A DNA stretch of 64,000 bases, from assembly GCA_036563665.1 (NCBI GenBank), contig DATCLY010000069.1, positions 38,146-102,145 of the forward strand. Direction: 5' to 3'. Below the pieces are notes generated by a model. The model saw nothing but the letters and a program-made list of their open reading frames with translations, ran no database searches and had not been told where the DNA came from. The position numbers were made by a program, and so were the translations under genes. Within the stretch, counting starts at the first letter, position 1. The number at the start of each line of letters is the position of its first letter. The DNA is from Gammaproteobacteria bacterium. GTDB taxonomy: Bacteria; Pseudomonadota; Gammaproteobacteria; Steroidobacterales; Rariloculaceae. Positions 19,446-29,271 of this stretch are shown one piece after another.

Positions 19446-19520
19446 AGCCAAGACCCGGCGACGACGCGTCACGCCGAGATCTTCGGTCGCTCAACGCCGC
19501 GAGCACGTCTCGCGCGTGGA

Positions 19521-19616
19521 TCGCATGTGCCCCTTCCAGCAGGCTCGCGCGCAGGGATGCGCGCGCGCCAGCCTACAGGGATGTACTTGCGGCGGTGCTG
19601 GAAGGGGCACATGCGA
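19521..19616. repeat. 96-nt nested palindromic element (copy A)
   Basis: Perfect 21-bp arms TCGCATGTGCCCCTTCCAGCA (19521-19541) and TGCTGGAAGGGGCACATGCGA (19596-19616). They enclose a 54-nt GC-rich core with CCTACAGGGA and GCGCGC stems. Homologous to 39254-39362 in inverted orientation. Confidence 0.8.
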
Positions 19617-19638
19617 GCCGCGGCCGCCTGCGGTGCGC

Positions 19639-19700
19639 AAGAATCGCGGCTGGAAAGCCGCTCCCACAGGCGAAGATCGCGGCTGGAAAGCCGCTCCCAC
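19639..19700 (-). repeat. two reverse REP copies (plus a degenerate third to 19728)
   Basis: 19639-19667 is AAGAATCGCGGCTGGAAAGCCGCTCCCAC. 19672-19700 is GAAGATCGCGGCTGGAAAGCCGCTCCCAC. A degenerate GAAGAGCGCGGCTGAAGCCGCTGC runs into the ldt stop. Confidence 0.92.
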
Positions 19701-19727
19701 AGGTGAAGAGCGCGGCTGAAGCCGCTG

Positions 19728-20669
19728 CTAGAGCGGGGAGTCGGCGGAGACCGTCAGCGGCTCGATGGAGATCCGCTCGGGGATGCCGCGGGCCTCCTGC
19801 AGCAAGCGCTCGGCGACGTCCCAGGCGACCTCGGTCGTGCGCGTCTCCGTGGCCGCCACGTACACGCGCGTGAGCTCCGTCGCGGGTGCCCACTCCGCGT
19901 TCTGCGCGACCTCCTCGAGCGGCGGATGCGCCTCGAGGTAGAGACCGTCCTCCGCCCAGCCGAGCTTGTACGGCTGGTTGACGATGCGCACCTTCGTGCC
20001 CACCGGCACCATCGCGAACAGCGCCTCGATGTCCTCTGGGAACATGCGGATGCAGCCGTGGGTCACGCGCATGCCGACGCCCGCGGGCCTGTTCGTGCCG
20101 TGAATCAGATAGCCCGGCAGGCCGAGCCGCAGCGCGTGCTTGCCGAGCGGGTTGTCGGGCCCGGGGGGCACCACGCGCGGCAGCGGATCGCCCATCTCGG
20201 CATGCTCGGCGCGGATCGACTCCGGCGGATACCAGGTGGGATTCCTGACCTTGCCGGTGACGGTGGTCACCCCGAGCGGCGTGGACCAGTCATTGCGGCC
20301 GATGCTGATGGGATACGTGAACACCCGGCCGCTGGGCCCGTCGGGGAAGTAGTACAGGCGCAGCTCCGCCACGTTCACGACGATGCCCTCGCGCGGCGCG
20401 CGGGGCAGCACGAATTGAGCCGGGATGACGATCGGGGTGCCCTCGCCGGGCAGCCAGGCGTCGACGCCGGGGTTCGCGCGCCGCAGCGCCTCGAAGCCGA
20501 CGTTGTGCTCGCGCGCGAGCTTCACGAATGTGTCCTCGTAGCGCGCCGCGATGACCCGCGGCGCGCCGATCACGTCCTGCCCCTCGGCGAGCGGGTACTC
20601 GGCGGCGCCCGCCGGCATCACCGCGGCGAGCCACAAGGCGAAGGCGGCAAACGTCGGAGCGCGTTTCAT
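19728..20669 (-). CDS. L,D-transpeptidase with LysM domain (YkuD/ErfK family)
   Basis: Signal peptide MKRAPTFAAFALWLAAVMPAGAA. LysM-like segment (FVKLAREHNVGFEALRRANPGVDAWLPGEGTPIVIP). YkuD catalytic motif IHGTNRPAGVGMRVTHGCIRM. Start moved to ATG 20669. Confidence 0.88.
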   Translation of the reverse strand: MKRAPTFAAFALWLAAVMPAGAAEYPLAEGQDVIGAPRVIAARYEDTFVKLAREHNVGFEALRRANPGVDAWLPGEGTPIVIPAQFVLPRAPREGIVVNVAELRLYYFPDGPSGRVFTYPISIGRNDWSTPLGVTTVTGKVRNPTWYPPESIRAEHAEMGDPLPRVVPPGPDNPLGKHALRLGLPGYLIHGTNRPAGVGMRVTHGCIRMFPEDIEALFAMVPVGTKVRIVNQPYKLGWAEDGLYLEAHPPLEEVAQNAEWAPATELTRVYVAATETRTTEVAWDVAERLLQEARGIPERISIEPLTVSADSPL

Positions 20670-20775
20670 GACCCACACCTGGCCCGATTTCCGCCGCGAA
20701 TTATACGTATCCCGCAATCCCCGTTCATGCGCGGTGCGTCGCATTCGCCACGGCGGCGCCGGCCGGGGCCGCCGG

Positions 20776-21719
<944 letters not shown>

Positions 21720-21735
<16 letters not shown>

Positions 21736-22748
21736 TCTTGAGGCCGATTCTCGATGAGGCGTCCGATCTGCACCGGCACGCCTTTGCGCGCCTCCACGAT
21801 GGCGGCCCGAACGGCCGTCTCGAACGCGAACTGGTCCGCGGAGCCGTGGCTCTTCAGCACGACGCCGTTCAGGCCCACGAGGCTCGCGCCATTGTAACGG
21901 CGCGGATCGAGCCGTGCGCGGATGGCGTCGAGGGCGCTGTTGGCGATCAAGCCCTGCAGGTTGCGCAGCAAGTTACGGTTGAACTCCTCTTTCAGGAACG
22001 AGGCGATCAGGGCGGCCGTGCCCTCCATCGTCTTCAAAGCGACGTTGCCGACGAAGCCGTCGCACACGACCACGTCCACGTCGGCGTGGAAGATGCCGTC
22101 GCCTTCCACGAAGCCGATGTAGTTCAAGCCGCTGCGCGCGAGCAGCTCGCTCGCCTCGCGCACCACCTCGTTGCCCTTGATGTGCTCCTGGCCGATGTTG
22201 AGCAGGCCGACGCGCGGCCGCTCCTTCTCGAGCATGTCGCCCGCGACCACGGAGCCCATCATCGCGAACTGCAGCAGGTGCTCGGCGCTGCAGTCCACGT
22301 TCGCGCCGAGATCGAGCATGTAGGTGGGGCCCTTCAAGCCGGGCACCGCGGAGATGATGGCGGGCCGGTCGATGCCGGGCAGCGTCTTCAGCACGTGCCG
22401 CGCAGTGGCCATGAGCGCGCCCGTGTTGCCGGAGCTCACGCAGGCGTCGGCTACGCCCTCCTTCACGAGCTGGATGGCCACCCGCAGGGACGAGTCCTTC
22501 TTGCGCCGCAACGCATCGGCGGGCGACTCGTCCATGCTCACGACCTCGCTCGCCGGATGGAAGCGCAGGCGATCGCCGTAGCGGTCCCCCGCCTGGCGCC
22601 TCGCCTCCTCGAGCACGTCGGTGAGCCCCACGAGCACGAGCGTGACGGAGTCGTCCTTCTCGAGCGTGGCCAATGCCGCGGGAATGACGGCCGCGGCACC
22701 GCGGTCGCCTCCCATGGCGTCCAGAGCGATTGTGACCTTGCGCGTCAT
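21720..22748 (-). CDS. plsX: phosphate acyltransferase PlsX
   Basis: 342 aa. IALDAMGGD...[10 protein letters not shown]... Lies downstream of rpmF. Confidence 0.95.
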
Positions 22749-22820
22749 CGAGGCGCGTGCGGCTGACCGCCGATGGGCGCTCGCATCGGGCGCAGACTTC
22801 CTCTCAGGCAGGGGCCGCCG

Positions 22821-23012
22821 CTAGTCCTCGTCGATCTCTTTGCGGGCCTCGAACACTTTGCGGCCGCGGTAATAGCCGTCGGCCGTCACGTGATGACGAA
22901 GATGGGTTTCTCCGGTGGTCGGGTCGACTGCGAGCGTGGGCGCGCGCAGCGCGTCGTGCGAGCGGCGCATGCCGCGGCGCGACGGCGTCTTCCGGCTCTT
23001 CTGAACAGCCAT
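22821..23012 (-). CDS. rpmF: 50S ribosomal protein L32
   Basis: [22 protein letters not shown]... is the canonical L32 N-terminus. Confidence 0.95.
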   Translation of the reverse strand: MAVQKSRKTPSRRGMRRSHDALRAPTLAVDPTTGETHLRHHVTADGYYRGRKVFEARKEIDED

Positions 23013-23040
23013 CCAATCTTTCTCCTAAAACAATCTGAGC

Positions 23041-23514
23041 TCACTGCACCGGCGCGGAGCCGAGCAGCGCCCGGGCCGCCGCTCCGCAGTCGGCGATATT
23101 CGCATGCTTTGGCACCAACGGCAGCGACACGATCAGCTCGTCCTCGACGAGCTGTGCCGGCATGACCCGGTCGCCTTCCAGCACCAGCGGCTCGTAGCGC
23201 GCCGGCACGGACGCCGCGAGCGCCGGCGATTCCACGACGGCGAGCTCGACGCGTTCGTCCACCTCGAGCGTCAGCGGCTCGAGGCACCGCTGGCAGACTA
23301 CCCGCAGCGTGGACCGCACTGCGAGCTCGCAGGTGACCCAACCGGCGTCCCGGCCGAACTTCAAGCTGGCCTTGACGCTGCCTTCGTCGGTGTCGAGCGA
23401 CTCCGTGAGCCGGCCGAGCCGGGCGAGGGGAATTTCGCCCCCGAGCTCGACGTGCCGCGCCCCGAAGGACTCCAAGTCGCGCAGACTGTACCAGGTGTGC
23501 AGCGACTCCGACAT
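23041..23514 (-). CDS. yceD: YceD family (DUF177) large-subunit rRNA accumulation protein
   Basis: 157 aa. CQRCLEP cysteine motif, acidic. Immediately upstream of rpmF, as in most bacteria. Confidence 0.85.
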   Translation of the reverse strand: MSESLHTWYSLRDLESFGARHVELGGEIPLARLGRLTESLDTDEGSVKASLKFGRDAGWVTCELAVRSTLRVVCQRCLEPLTLEVDERVELAVVESPALAASVPARYEPLVLEGDRVMPAQLVEDELIVSLPLVPKHANIADCGAAARALLGSAPVQ

Positions 23515-23601
23515 GACGTCGCATCATAGTTTAGAAGCATTTCTCTGGTCAAAACCGCAAGTTACGATTGCGTCAACCTTTTTCGAATCGGATTCGAGCG
23601 C

Positions 23602-24192
23602 ATGCGCCGGCTCCTGCTCGCCTCCACCTCCCCGTACCGCCGCGAGCTGCTCGCGCGGCTCGGCCTCCCCTTCGAGACCCTGGCGCCCCGCGCGGACGAG
23701 ACGCCCCGCTCGGGCGAGCCGCCGCGGGAGCTCGCCCTGAGGCTCGCCAGGGCCAAGGCGGAGAGCGCGTTGCCCACGGACGCCGTCGTGATCGGCTCCG
23801 ATCAGGTGCCGTCGCTCGACGGCCGGCCGCTCGCGAAGCCGGGCTCGCACGCGGCCGCCCTCGAGCAGCTCCTCGCCTGCCAGGGCAAGACCGTGGCCTT
23901 CTACACGGCCGTCGTGGTCATCGACGCCGCCGACGGGCGCCGCTGGGAGACCGTGGACCGCACGGACGTGGCCTTCCGCACCCTCGGGCGGGACGATCTC
24001 GACCGCTACCTCGCCGCCGAGCGCCCCTACGACTGCGCCGGGGGCTTCAAGGCGGAGGGGCTCGGGGTGGTCCTGTTCGAGCGCATCGTCTCGGAGGACC
24101 CCACGGCGCTCATCGGTTTGCCGCTCATCGCCCTCGCGCGGATGCTCAGGGAAGCGGGGCTGGACCCGCTCGCTCCGCGCCGAGCCCCGTGA
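23602..24192 (+). CDS. maf: Maf-like nucleoside triphosphate pyrophosphatase (YceF type)
   Basis: MRRLLLASTSPYRRELLARLGLPFE...DETP... Divergent from yceD, as in E. coli. Confidence 0.9.
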   Translation: MRRLLLASTSPYRRELLARLGLPFETLAPRADETPRSGEPPRELALRLARAKAESALPTDAVVIGSDQVPSLDGRPLAKPGSHAAALEQLLACQGKTVAFYTAVVVIDAADGRRWETVDRTDVAFRTLGRDDLDRYLAAERPYDCAGGFKAEGLGVVLFERIVSEDPTALIGLPLIALARMLREAGLDPLAPRRAP

Positions 24193-25201
24193 GGGCGTCG
24201 AGCACGGCCTTGAGGTCCTCCGGCAACGGCACGCTGACCTCGAACGGCTCGCCGCTGTCCGGCCAGGTGAACGCCACGGCGTGCGCATGCAGGAACAGCC
24301 GGTCGAGGCCGAGCGCGGCGAGCCGGCGGTTGAAGGCTTCGTCGCCATAGCGGTCGTCGCCGGCCAGCGGGTGGCCGATGTGGGCCGCGTGCACGCGGAT
24401 CTGGTGCGTCCGGCCCGTCCCGAGGGCGATCTCCACGAACGACGCCTCGGCCCCGTACGGCTCGAGCAGCCGGAACACGGTGCGGGACGGCTTGCCGTCC
24501 GCGGCCACGCTGACCCACGCCTCGCCGCCCCGGTGGCGCACGGACAGCGGCGCGTCCACCTCGACGGTGGCCCGGCGCAGGCGGCCCCGGACGAGGCCGA
24601 GGTAGCGCTTGTCCACCTGACCCTCCCGGAGCAGCGCGTGGAGCGTGCGCAGGGCGCTGCGCTTCTTCGCGACGAGCAGGCAGCCCGAGGTGGCGCGGTC
24701 CAGGCGATGCACGAGCTCGAGCGTGCGCGCCTCGGGCCGCAGCACGCGCAGCGCCTCGATGCAGCCGAACGACAGGCCGCTGCCACCGTGCACGGCCACG
24801 CCGGCCGGCTTGTCGAGCACGAGCAGGCGGGCGTCCTCGTAGACGATGCGCGCCTCGAGCCACGCGACCCCCGAGGGACCCGGGCTCGCCGCCGCGCGGG
24901 CCGCCGTGCGCACCGGCGGCAGCCGCACGCGGTCGCCCGGCTGCAGCCGGTAGCTCGGCGCGGCACGGCCCGAGTTCACGCGCACCTGCCCGGAGCGGAT
25001 CAGGCGATAGACGTGGCTGCGCGGCACGCCCTTCAGCGCCCCGAGCACGAAATTGTCGAGGCGCTGCCCCGCCGCGTCCTCGTCGACCACGCGCTGGCGG
25101 GCGGGGGTGCCTGCTTTTTCCGGTAGATTCAACGTCGTACGAATTGAGCCGGAGGCTTCGTGTGCTATAGTAGCCGGCGGGGTTCCGCCCGTGTTGGGCA
25201 A
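24146..25201 (-). CDS. rluC: 23S rRNA pseudouridine synthase RluC
   Basis: S4 domain (AGQRLDNFVLGALKGVPRSHVYRLIRSGQVRVN). Catalytic HRLDRATSGCLLVAK. Divergent from rne, as in E. coli. The start is uncertain: TTG 25201 (track) or TTG 25132. The 3' end overlaps maf by 47 nt (convergent). Confidence 0.88.
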   Translation of the reverse strand: MPNTGGTPPATIAHEASGSIRTTLNLPEKAGTPARQRVVDEDAAGQRLDNFVLGALKGVPRSHVYRLIRSGQVRVNSGRAAPSYRLQPGDRVRLPPVRTAARAAASPGPSGVAWLEARIVYEDARLLVLDKPAGVAVHGGSGLSFGCIEALRVLRPEARTLELVHRLDRATSGCLLVAKKRSALRTLHALLREGQVDKRYLGLVRGRLRRATVEVDAPLSVRHRGGEAWVSVAADGKPSRTVFRLLEPYGAEASFVEIALGTGRTHQIRVHAAHIGHPLAGDDRYGDEAFNRRLAALGLDRLFLHAHAVAFTWPDSGEPFEVSVPLPEDLKAVLDALTGLGAERAGPAPLP

Positions 25202-25535
25202 CCAGCTAAGCGACCCCTTAAAGCCTTATTCCAGGCGGCGGCTCCAACGGGCGTACAGGAGCGCCTGTTCAGGCGTGACTCTTCGGTCGGCGGCGCCGCC
25301 AGTTTGCTATAGCAATTCGCCGGCGAAACCCGGAGCTCGGGACGCCGCGGTTGTCGTAGCGCCGTCGGCTCCCGTCGCCAAGCAGCGTCAACGACAAGAG
25401 ACGGATCGGAGCCGGGCGGCGCCGAGCGAGGCTCGATGATACAGCCCATCCAACTGCTGCTCCTCTTCTGCGCCAGCTCGCCGACCGCGGTGGTACACAC
25501 CGAGCCCTCCTGCCGGCTGAAGGGACCACTCACTC
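25202..25535 (+). promoter_or_regulatory. rluC/rne divergent control region including a long rne 5' leader
   Basis: 334-nt non-coding gap, AT-richer than its surroundings. Contains local hairpins (e.g. ACAGG-AGCG-CCTGT) and an SD AAGGGA before ATG 25536. Enterobacterial rne is known to carry a long autoregulatory 5' UTR in the same position. Confidence 0.5.
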
Positions 25536-27797
25536 ATGAAGCGCATGCTAGTCAACGCCACGCAGCGAGAAGAGCTGCGTGTGGCCATGGTCGATGGCCA
25601 GAAGCTTTACGACCTGGACATCGAGGTACCTTCGCGAGAGCAACGTAAAGCCAACATCTACAAAGGACGCATCACGCGGATCGAGCCGAGCCTCGAGGCC
25701 GCGTTCGTCGACTACGGCGCGCAGCGCCACGGGTTCCTGCCGCTCAAGGAGATTTCCAGCGAATACTTCCTGCGCGAAGTCCCGCCCGGCGAGCGCGTCC
25801 AGATCAAGGAGGTCCTGAAGGAAGGCCAGGAGATCGTCGTCCAGGTGGACAAGGAGGAACGCGGCACGAAGGGCGCCGCCCTCACCACCTACATCAGCCT
25901 GGCCGGCCGCTTCCTCGTCCTCATGCCGAACAACCCCCGCGCGGGCGGCGTGTCGCGCCGCATCACCGGGGAGGACCGCGAGATCGTCCGCCAATCGCTC
26001 GAGGAGCTGCAGCCGCCCGAGGGCATGGGCTGCATCGTGCGCACGGCCGGCGTCGGCCGGAGCATCGAGGAGCTGCGCTGGGACCTCGACTACCTGCTGC
26101 GCGTCTGGGAGGCCATCAAGCAGGTCGTCGTCACCCGCCCCGCCCCGTTCCTCATCTACCAGGAAGGCAACGCGATCATTCGGGCGCTGCGGGATTACCT
26201 GTCCAACGACATCGGCGAGATCCTCATCGACAACCAGCAGGTGTACGAAGAGGCGCGGGAGTTCATGGAGCGCGTGCTGCCGCACAACCTGCGCAAGCTC
26301 AAGTTCTATGACGATCCCACCGTGCCGCTCTTCACGCGCTTCCAGATCGAGAGCCAGATCGAGTCGGCGTTCGCCCACAAGGTCACGCTGCCGTCCGGCG
26401 GCAGCATCGTGATCGATCACACGGAGGCGCTCACCGCCATCGACATCAACTCCGCCCGGGCAACCAAGGGCGAGGACATCGAGCAGACGGCGCTCAACAC
26501 GAACCTCGAGGCGGCGGACGAGATCGCGCGGCAGCTCAGGCTGCGCGACCTCGGGGGCCTCATCGTCATCGACTTCATCGACATGGGGCCGCACAAGAAC
26601 CAGCGGGACGTGGAGAACCGCCTGCGCGAGGCCGTGAAAAGCGACCGCGCGCGCATCCAGATCGGCCGGATCTCGCGGTTCGGTCTGCTCGAGATGTCGC
26701 GGCAGCGCCTGCGGCCGTCGCTCGAGGAGTCCACGCACCAGGTGTGCACGCGCTGCAACGGCACCGGAACGGTGCGGAGCGTGGAGAGCCTCGCGCTCGC
26801 CATCCTGCGCCTGATCGGCGAGGAGGCGCGCAAGGAACGCACCGCCAAGGTCATCGCGCAGCTGCCGATCGACGTGCACAACTACCTGCTGAACGAGAAG
26901 CGCGACTGGGTGCAGTCGATCCAGGACAACAACAACGTCCAGATCGTGCTCGTCGCGAACGCCGATCTGCAGACGCCGAACTACACGATCCGCCGCGTGC
27001 GCGACGACGAGTCGCAGCTGCCCGAGAACAGCGCCACGAGCTACAAGCTCGTCACGCCGAAGGAGGATCCGAGCATCGCCTTCGAGGAGATCAAGCGGCC
27101 GGCGCGGCCGATGGAGGCGGCGGTGGCGAACGTGTTGCCGGCGACGCCCGCTCCGGTGCCCGTCGAGCGCGAGGAGGCCCCGCCGCCCGAGCCGGCGCGC
27201 CCGGGCTTCGTGCAGCGGCTGCTGAGCTGGCTGAAGCCCGCCCCCGCGGCCCGCGAGGGGTCGAGCGCGGCGCCCGCGCGCGGCTCCGAGGAGCGCCAGC
27301 CGTCCCGCGGCGAACGCCGGTCGCGGGACCGCGGGCGCAACAAGGGCCAGGGCCGGGGCGGACGCGCGGAGGGCGCGGGCCGCGCCGACAACGGCGGACA
27401 GCAGGCTCGGCCCGCCCAGCGCGAGCAGCCGGCACAAGGCGGCTCGGGCCGGAGCCGCCGTTCGCGCGGCCGCGGCCGCGGCCGCTCGCAGGAAGACGCC
27501 CGCAGCGGCGCCGCGGACGGCGCGGCGCGCCAGGAGGCGACGGAGCGCCGGCAGGCCGGCAACGGCTCCGGCGGCCGGCCGCTGACGCAGCCCCCGGGCG
27601 GCAACGGCGGGCAGGAAGCCTGGCAGGACCGCGCGGTCGCCTCCGACGGCTGCGCGCAACCGCCGGAGCCCCGCGTGGAGGCCGAGCCCGCCTACCGCCC
27701 GGCATCCGCCGAGCCCCAGCCGCTGCCGCCGGCCCCGGCGCCCACGCCGCGCGAGCCCGTCGCCGCCGAAGGCGCGCCCCCGGACGCCGACCGCTGA
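25536..27797 (+). CDS. rne: ribonuclease E
   Basis: [30 protein letters not shown]...[22 protein letters not shown] (S1 domain). Zn-link CTRCNGTG. Arg/Gly/Pro-rich low-complexity C-terminal third. 753 aa, shorter than the E. coli protein. Confidence 0.95.
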   Translation: MKRMLVNATQREELRVAMVDGQKLYDLDIEVPSREQRKANIYKGRITRIEPSLEAAFVDYGAQRHGFLPLKEISSEYFLREVPPGERVQIKEVLKEGQEIVVQVDKEERGTKGAALTTYISLAGRFLVLMPNNPRAGGVSRRITGEDREIVRQSLEELQPPEGMGCIVRTAGVGRSIEELRWDLDYLLRVWEAIKQVVVTRPAPFLIYQEGNAIIRALRDYLSNDIGEILIDNQQVYEEAREFMERVLPHNLRKLKFYDDPTVPLFTRFQIESQIESAFAHKVTLPSGGSIVIDHTEALTAIDINSARATKGEDIEQTALNTNLEAADEIARQLRLRDLGGLIVIDFIDMGPHKNQRDVENRLREAVKSDRARIQIGRISRFGLLEMSRQRLRPSLEESTHQVCTRCNGTGTVRSVESLALAILRLIGEEARKERTAKVIAQLPIDVHNYLLNEKRDWVQSIQDNNNVQIVLVANADLQTPNYTIRRVRDDESQLPENSATSYKLVTPKEDPSIAFEEIKRPARPMEAAVANVLPATPAPVPVEREEAPPPEPARPGFVQRLLSWLKPAPAAREGSSAAPARGSEERQPSRGERRSRDRGRNKGQGRGGRAEGAGRADNGGQQARPAQREQPAQGGSGRSRRSRGRGRGRSQEDARSGAADGAARQEATERRQAGNGSGGRPLTQPPGGNGGQEAWQDRAVASDGCAQPPEPRVEAEPAYRPASAEPQPLPPAPAPTPREPVAAEGAPPDADR

Positions 27798-27829
27798 CGC
27801 CGGCGGGCGCGCGCCGCCTGCGGTGGCAC

Positions 27830-27858
27830 AAGAATCGCGACTGGAAAGTCGCTCCCAC
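27830..27858 (-). repeat. REP copy (variant with compensated stem)
   Basis: AAGAATCGCGACTGGAAAGTCGCTCCCAC, with stem GCGACT/AGTCGC instead of GCGGCT/AGCCGC. The upstream flank GCCGCCTGCGGTGGCAC is shared with the copy at 19623. Confidence 0.85.
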
Positions 27859-27885
27859 CCGGGAGCTTCTCTGGGTGCGTTGGCC

Positions 27886-28470
27886 CTACCGCAGCGGCGG
27901 AAGGTCGGGGTTCGCGAGCCGCTGGGCCGCGTGGCGGCGCAGGTGCTCGAGCAGCCCGATGGACGCCTCCTCCACGAGATCGAGCACGTGCTCGAAGCCG
28001 TTGATGCCGCCGTAATACGGGTCCGGCACCTCTTTGCGGCCGAGATGCGGCGCGAACTCGAGCAGCAGGCGGACCTTCCGATGATGCTGCGGCGGCCCGA
28101 TCTGCAGGAGCGCTTCGCGATTCATCGAATCCATCGCGAGCAGCAGGTCGTAGCGCTCGAAGTCCTCGAAGGTGACCACGCGCGCGCGCAGCCCCTCGAG
28201 GTTGATGCCGCGCCGCTCGGCCGCGCGCCGCGCCCGCGGATCCGGCGGCTCGCCCACGTGATAGGCGTGCGTGCCGGCCGAGTCCACCTCGACGAGGAGA
28301 TCCGGTGCGCGCTCGGCCAGCACCTTGCGGAACACGCCCTCCGCCGTGGGCGAGCGGCAGATGTTCCCCATGCAAACGAACAGCACGCGCGCCACGGGCA
28401 CCGGCGCGGGTCCGGCGCGCTCGGCTTCCTCGCGCAACTTGATGAGCTTCAATCGGTCGAGCAGGTTCAT
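27886..28470 (-). CDS. low-molecular-weight protein-tyrosine phosphatase
   Basis: P-loop VLFVCMGNICRSP and DSAGT...DPR motifs. The 28-aa N-terminal extension makes the start uncertain (internal GTG codons near 28395). Confidence 0.85.
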   Translation of the reverse strand: MNLLDRLKLIKLREEAERAGPAPVPVARVLFVCMGNICRSPTAEGVFRKVLAERAPDLLVEVDSAGTHAYHVGEPPDPRARRAAERRGINLEGLRARVVTFEDFERYDLLLAMDSMNREALLQIGPPQHHRKVRLLLEFAPHLGRKEVPDPYYGGINGFEHVLDLVEEASIGLLEHLRRHAAQRLANPDLPPLR

Positions 28471-28497
28471 ACGACAGCTCGGCTGGCCCGCCTCATT

Positions 28498-29271
28498 CTA
28501 CCGGAGCCGCCCACCGCCCCCCTCTTCCACCTCGAGCTGGGCGGCGTAACGGCGGGCGTAGATCAGGTCCTCCTCGGTATCGACGTGGCGCGGCGGCAGC
28601 TCCCGGGCCTCCCCCACCACGATCCGCATTCCGAGCCACAGCGCCCGCAGCTGCTCGAGCCGCTCGACGCGCTCGAGCTCGCACGGCGGCTCGGCCGCAA
28701 GCCGCTTGAGGGCGGCCGCGCGATAGCCGTACAGGCCGATGTGACGCCATGCGCCGCGATGATCCCCGTCGGCCGTGTGGGGGATCGGCGAGCGGCTGAA
28801 ATAGAGCGCGAAGCCGTCGCGGTCGAGCACCACCTTCGCGGTGTTCGGGTCGCGGAGCTCGGCCGCATCGCGGAAGCGCGTCACCAGAGTGGCGATGTGG
28901 GCTTCGGGCCGCGCAGCGAGGAGCTCCGCGGTCTGCGTCACGAGCGCGGGCGGCAGGAACGGCTCGTCGCCCTGCACGTTCACGACGATGCGGTCGTCGG
29001 GCCAACCCAGGCGATGCGCGAGCTCGGCGATGCGGTCCGTGCCGCTCGCGTGCGCGGGCGACGTCATCTCGCAGCGCGCGCCGAACCGGCGGCACTCGGC
29101 GGCGATGCGCTCGTCGTCGGTGGCGACGAGCACCTCGGCGGCGCCCGAGAGCGACGCCTGGCGGAACACCCGCTCGATCATGGTGCGGCCGCCGATGTCC
29201 TTGAGGGGCTTGCCGGGCAACCGCGTGGACGCGTAGCGGGCGGGAATGACGGCAACGAAGTCGGCGCTCAC
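28498..29271 (-). CDS. kdsB: 3-deoxy-manno-octulosonate cytidylyltransferase
   Basis: VSADFVAVIPARYASTRLPGKPLKDIGG...NVQGDEP... Start set at GTG 29271, which forms a GTGA overlap with the lpxK stop. Confidence 0.93.
   Translation of the reverse strand: MSADFVAVIPARYASTRLPGKPLKDIGGRTMIERVFRQASLSGAAEVLVATDDERIAAECRRFGARCEMTSPAHASGTDRIAELAHRLGWPDDRIVVNVQGDEPFLPPALVTQTAELLAARPEAHIATLVTRFRDAAELRDPNTAKVVLDRDGFALYFSRSPIPHTADGDHRGAWRHIGLYGYRAAALKRLAAEPPCELERVERLEQLRALWLGMRIVVGEARELPPRHVDTEEDLIYARRYAAQLEVEEGGGGRLR

Noticed and set aside
15714-19700. 29-nt direct repeats (GTGGGAGCGGCTTTCCAGCCGCGATCTTC), which are of CRISPR-repeat length
   Set aside because: Copies are separated by only 4-5 nt or by irregular distances. 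They occur in both orientations at six scattered loci, have an internal hairpin typical of REPs, and no cas genes are present.
25165-25533. 122-aa and 86-aa minus-strand ORFs inside the rne leader
   Set aside because: No SD, odd composition, and located in a region expected to be the rne 5' UTR and rluC promoter.
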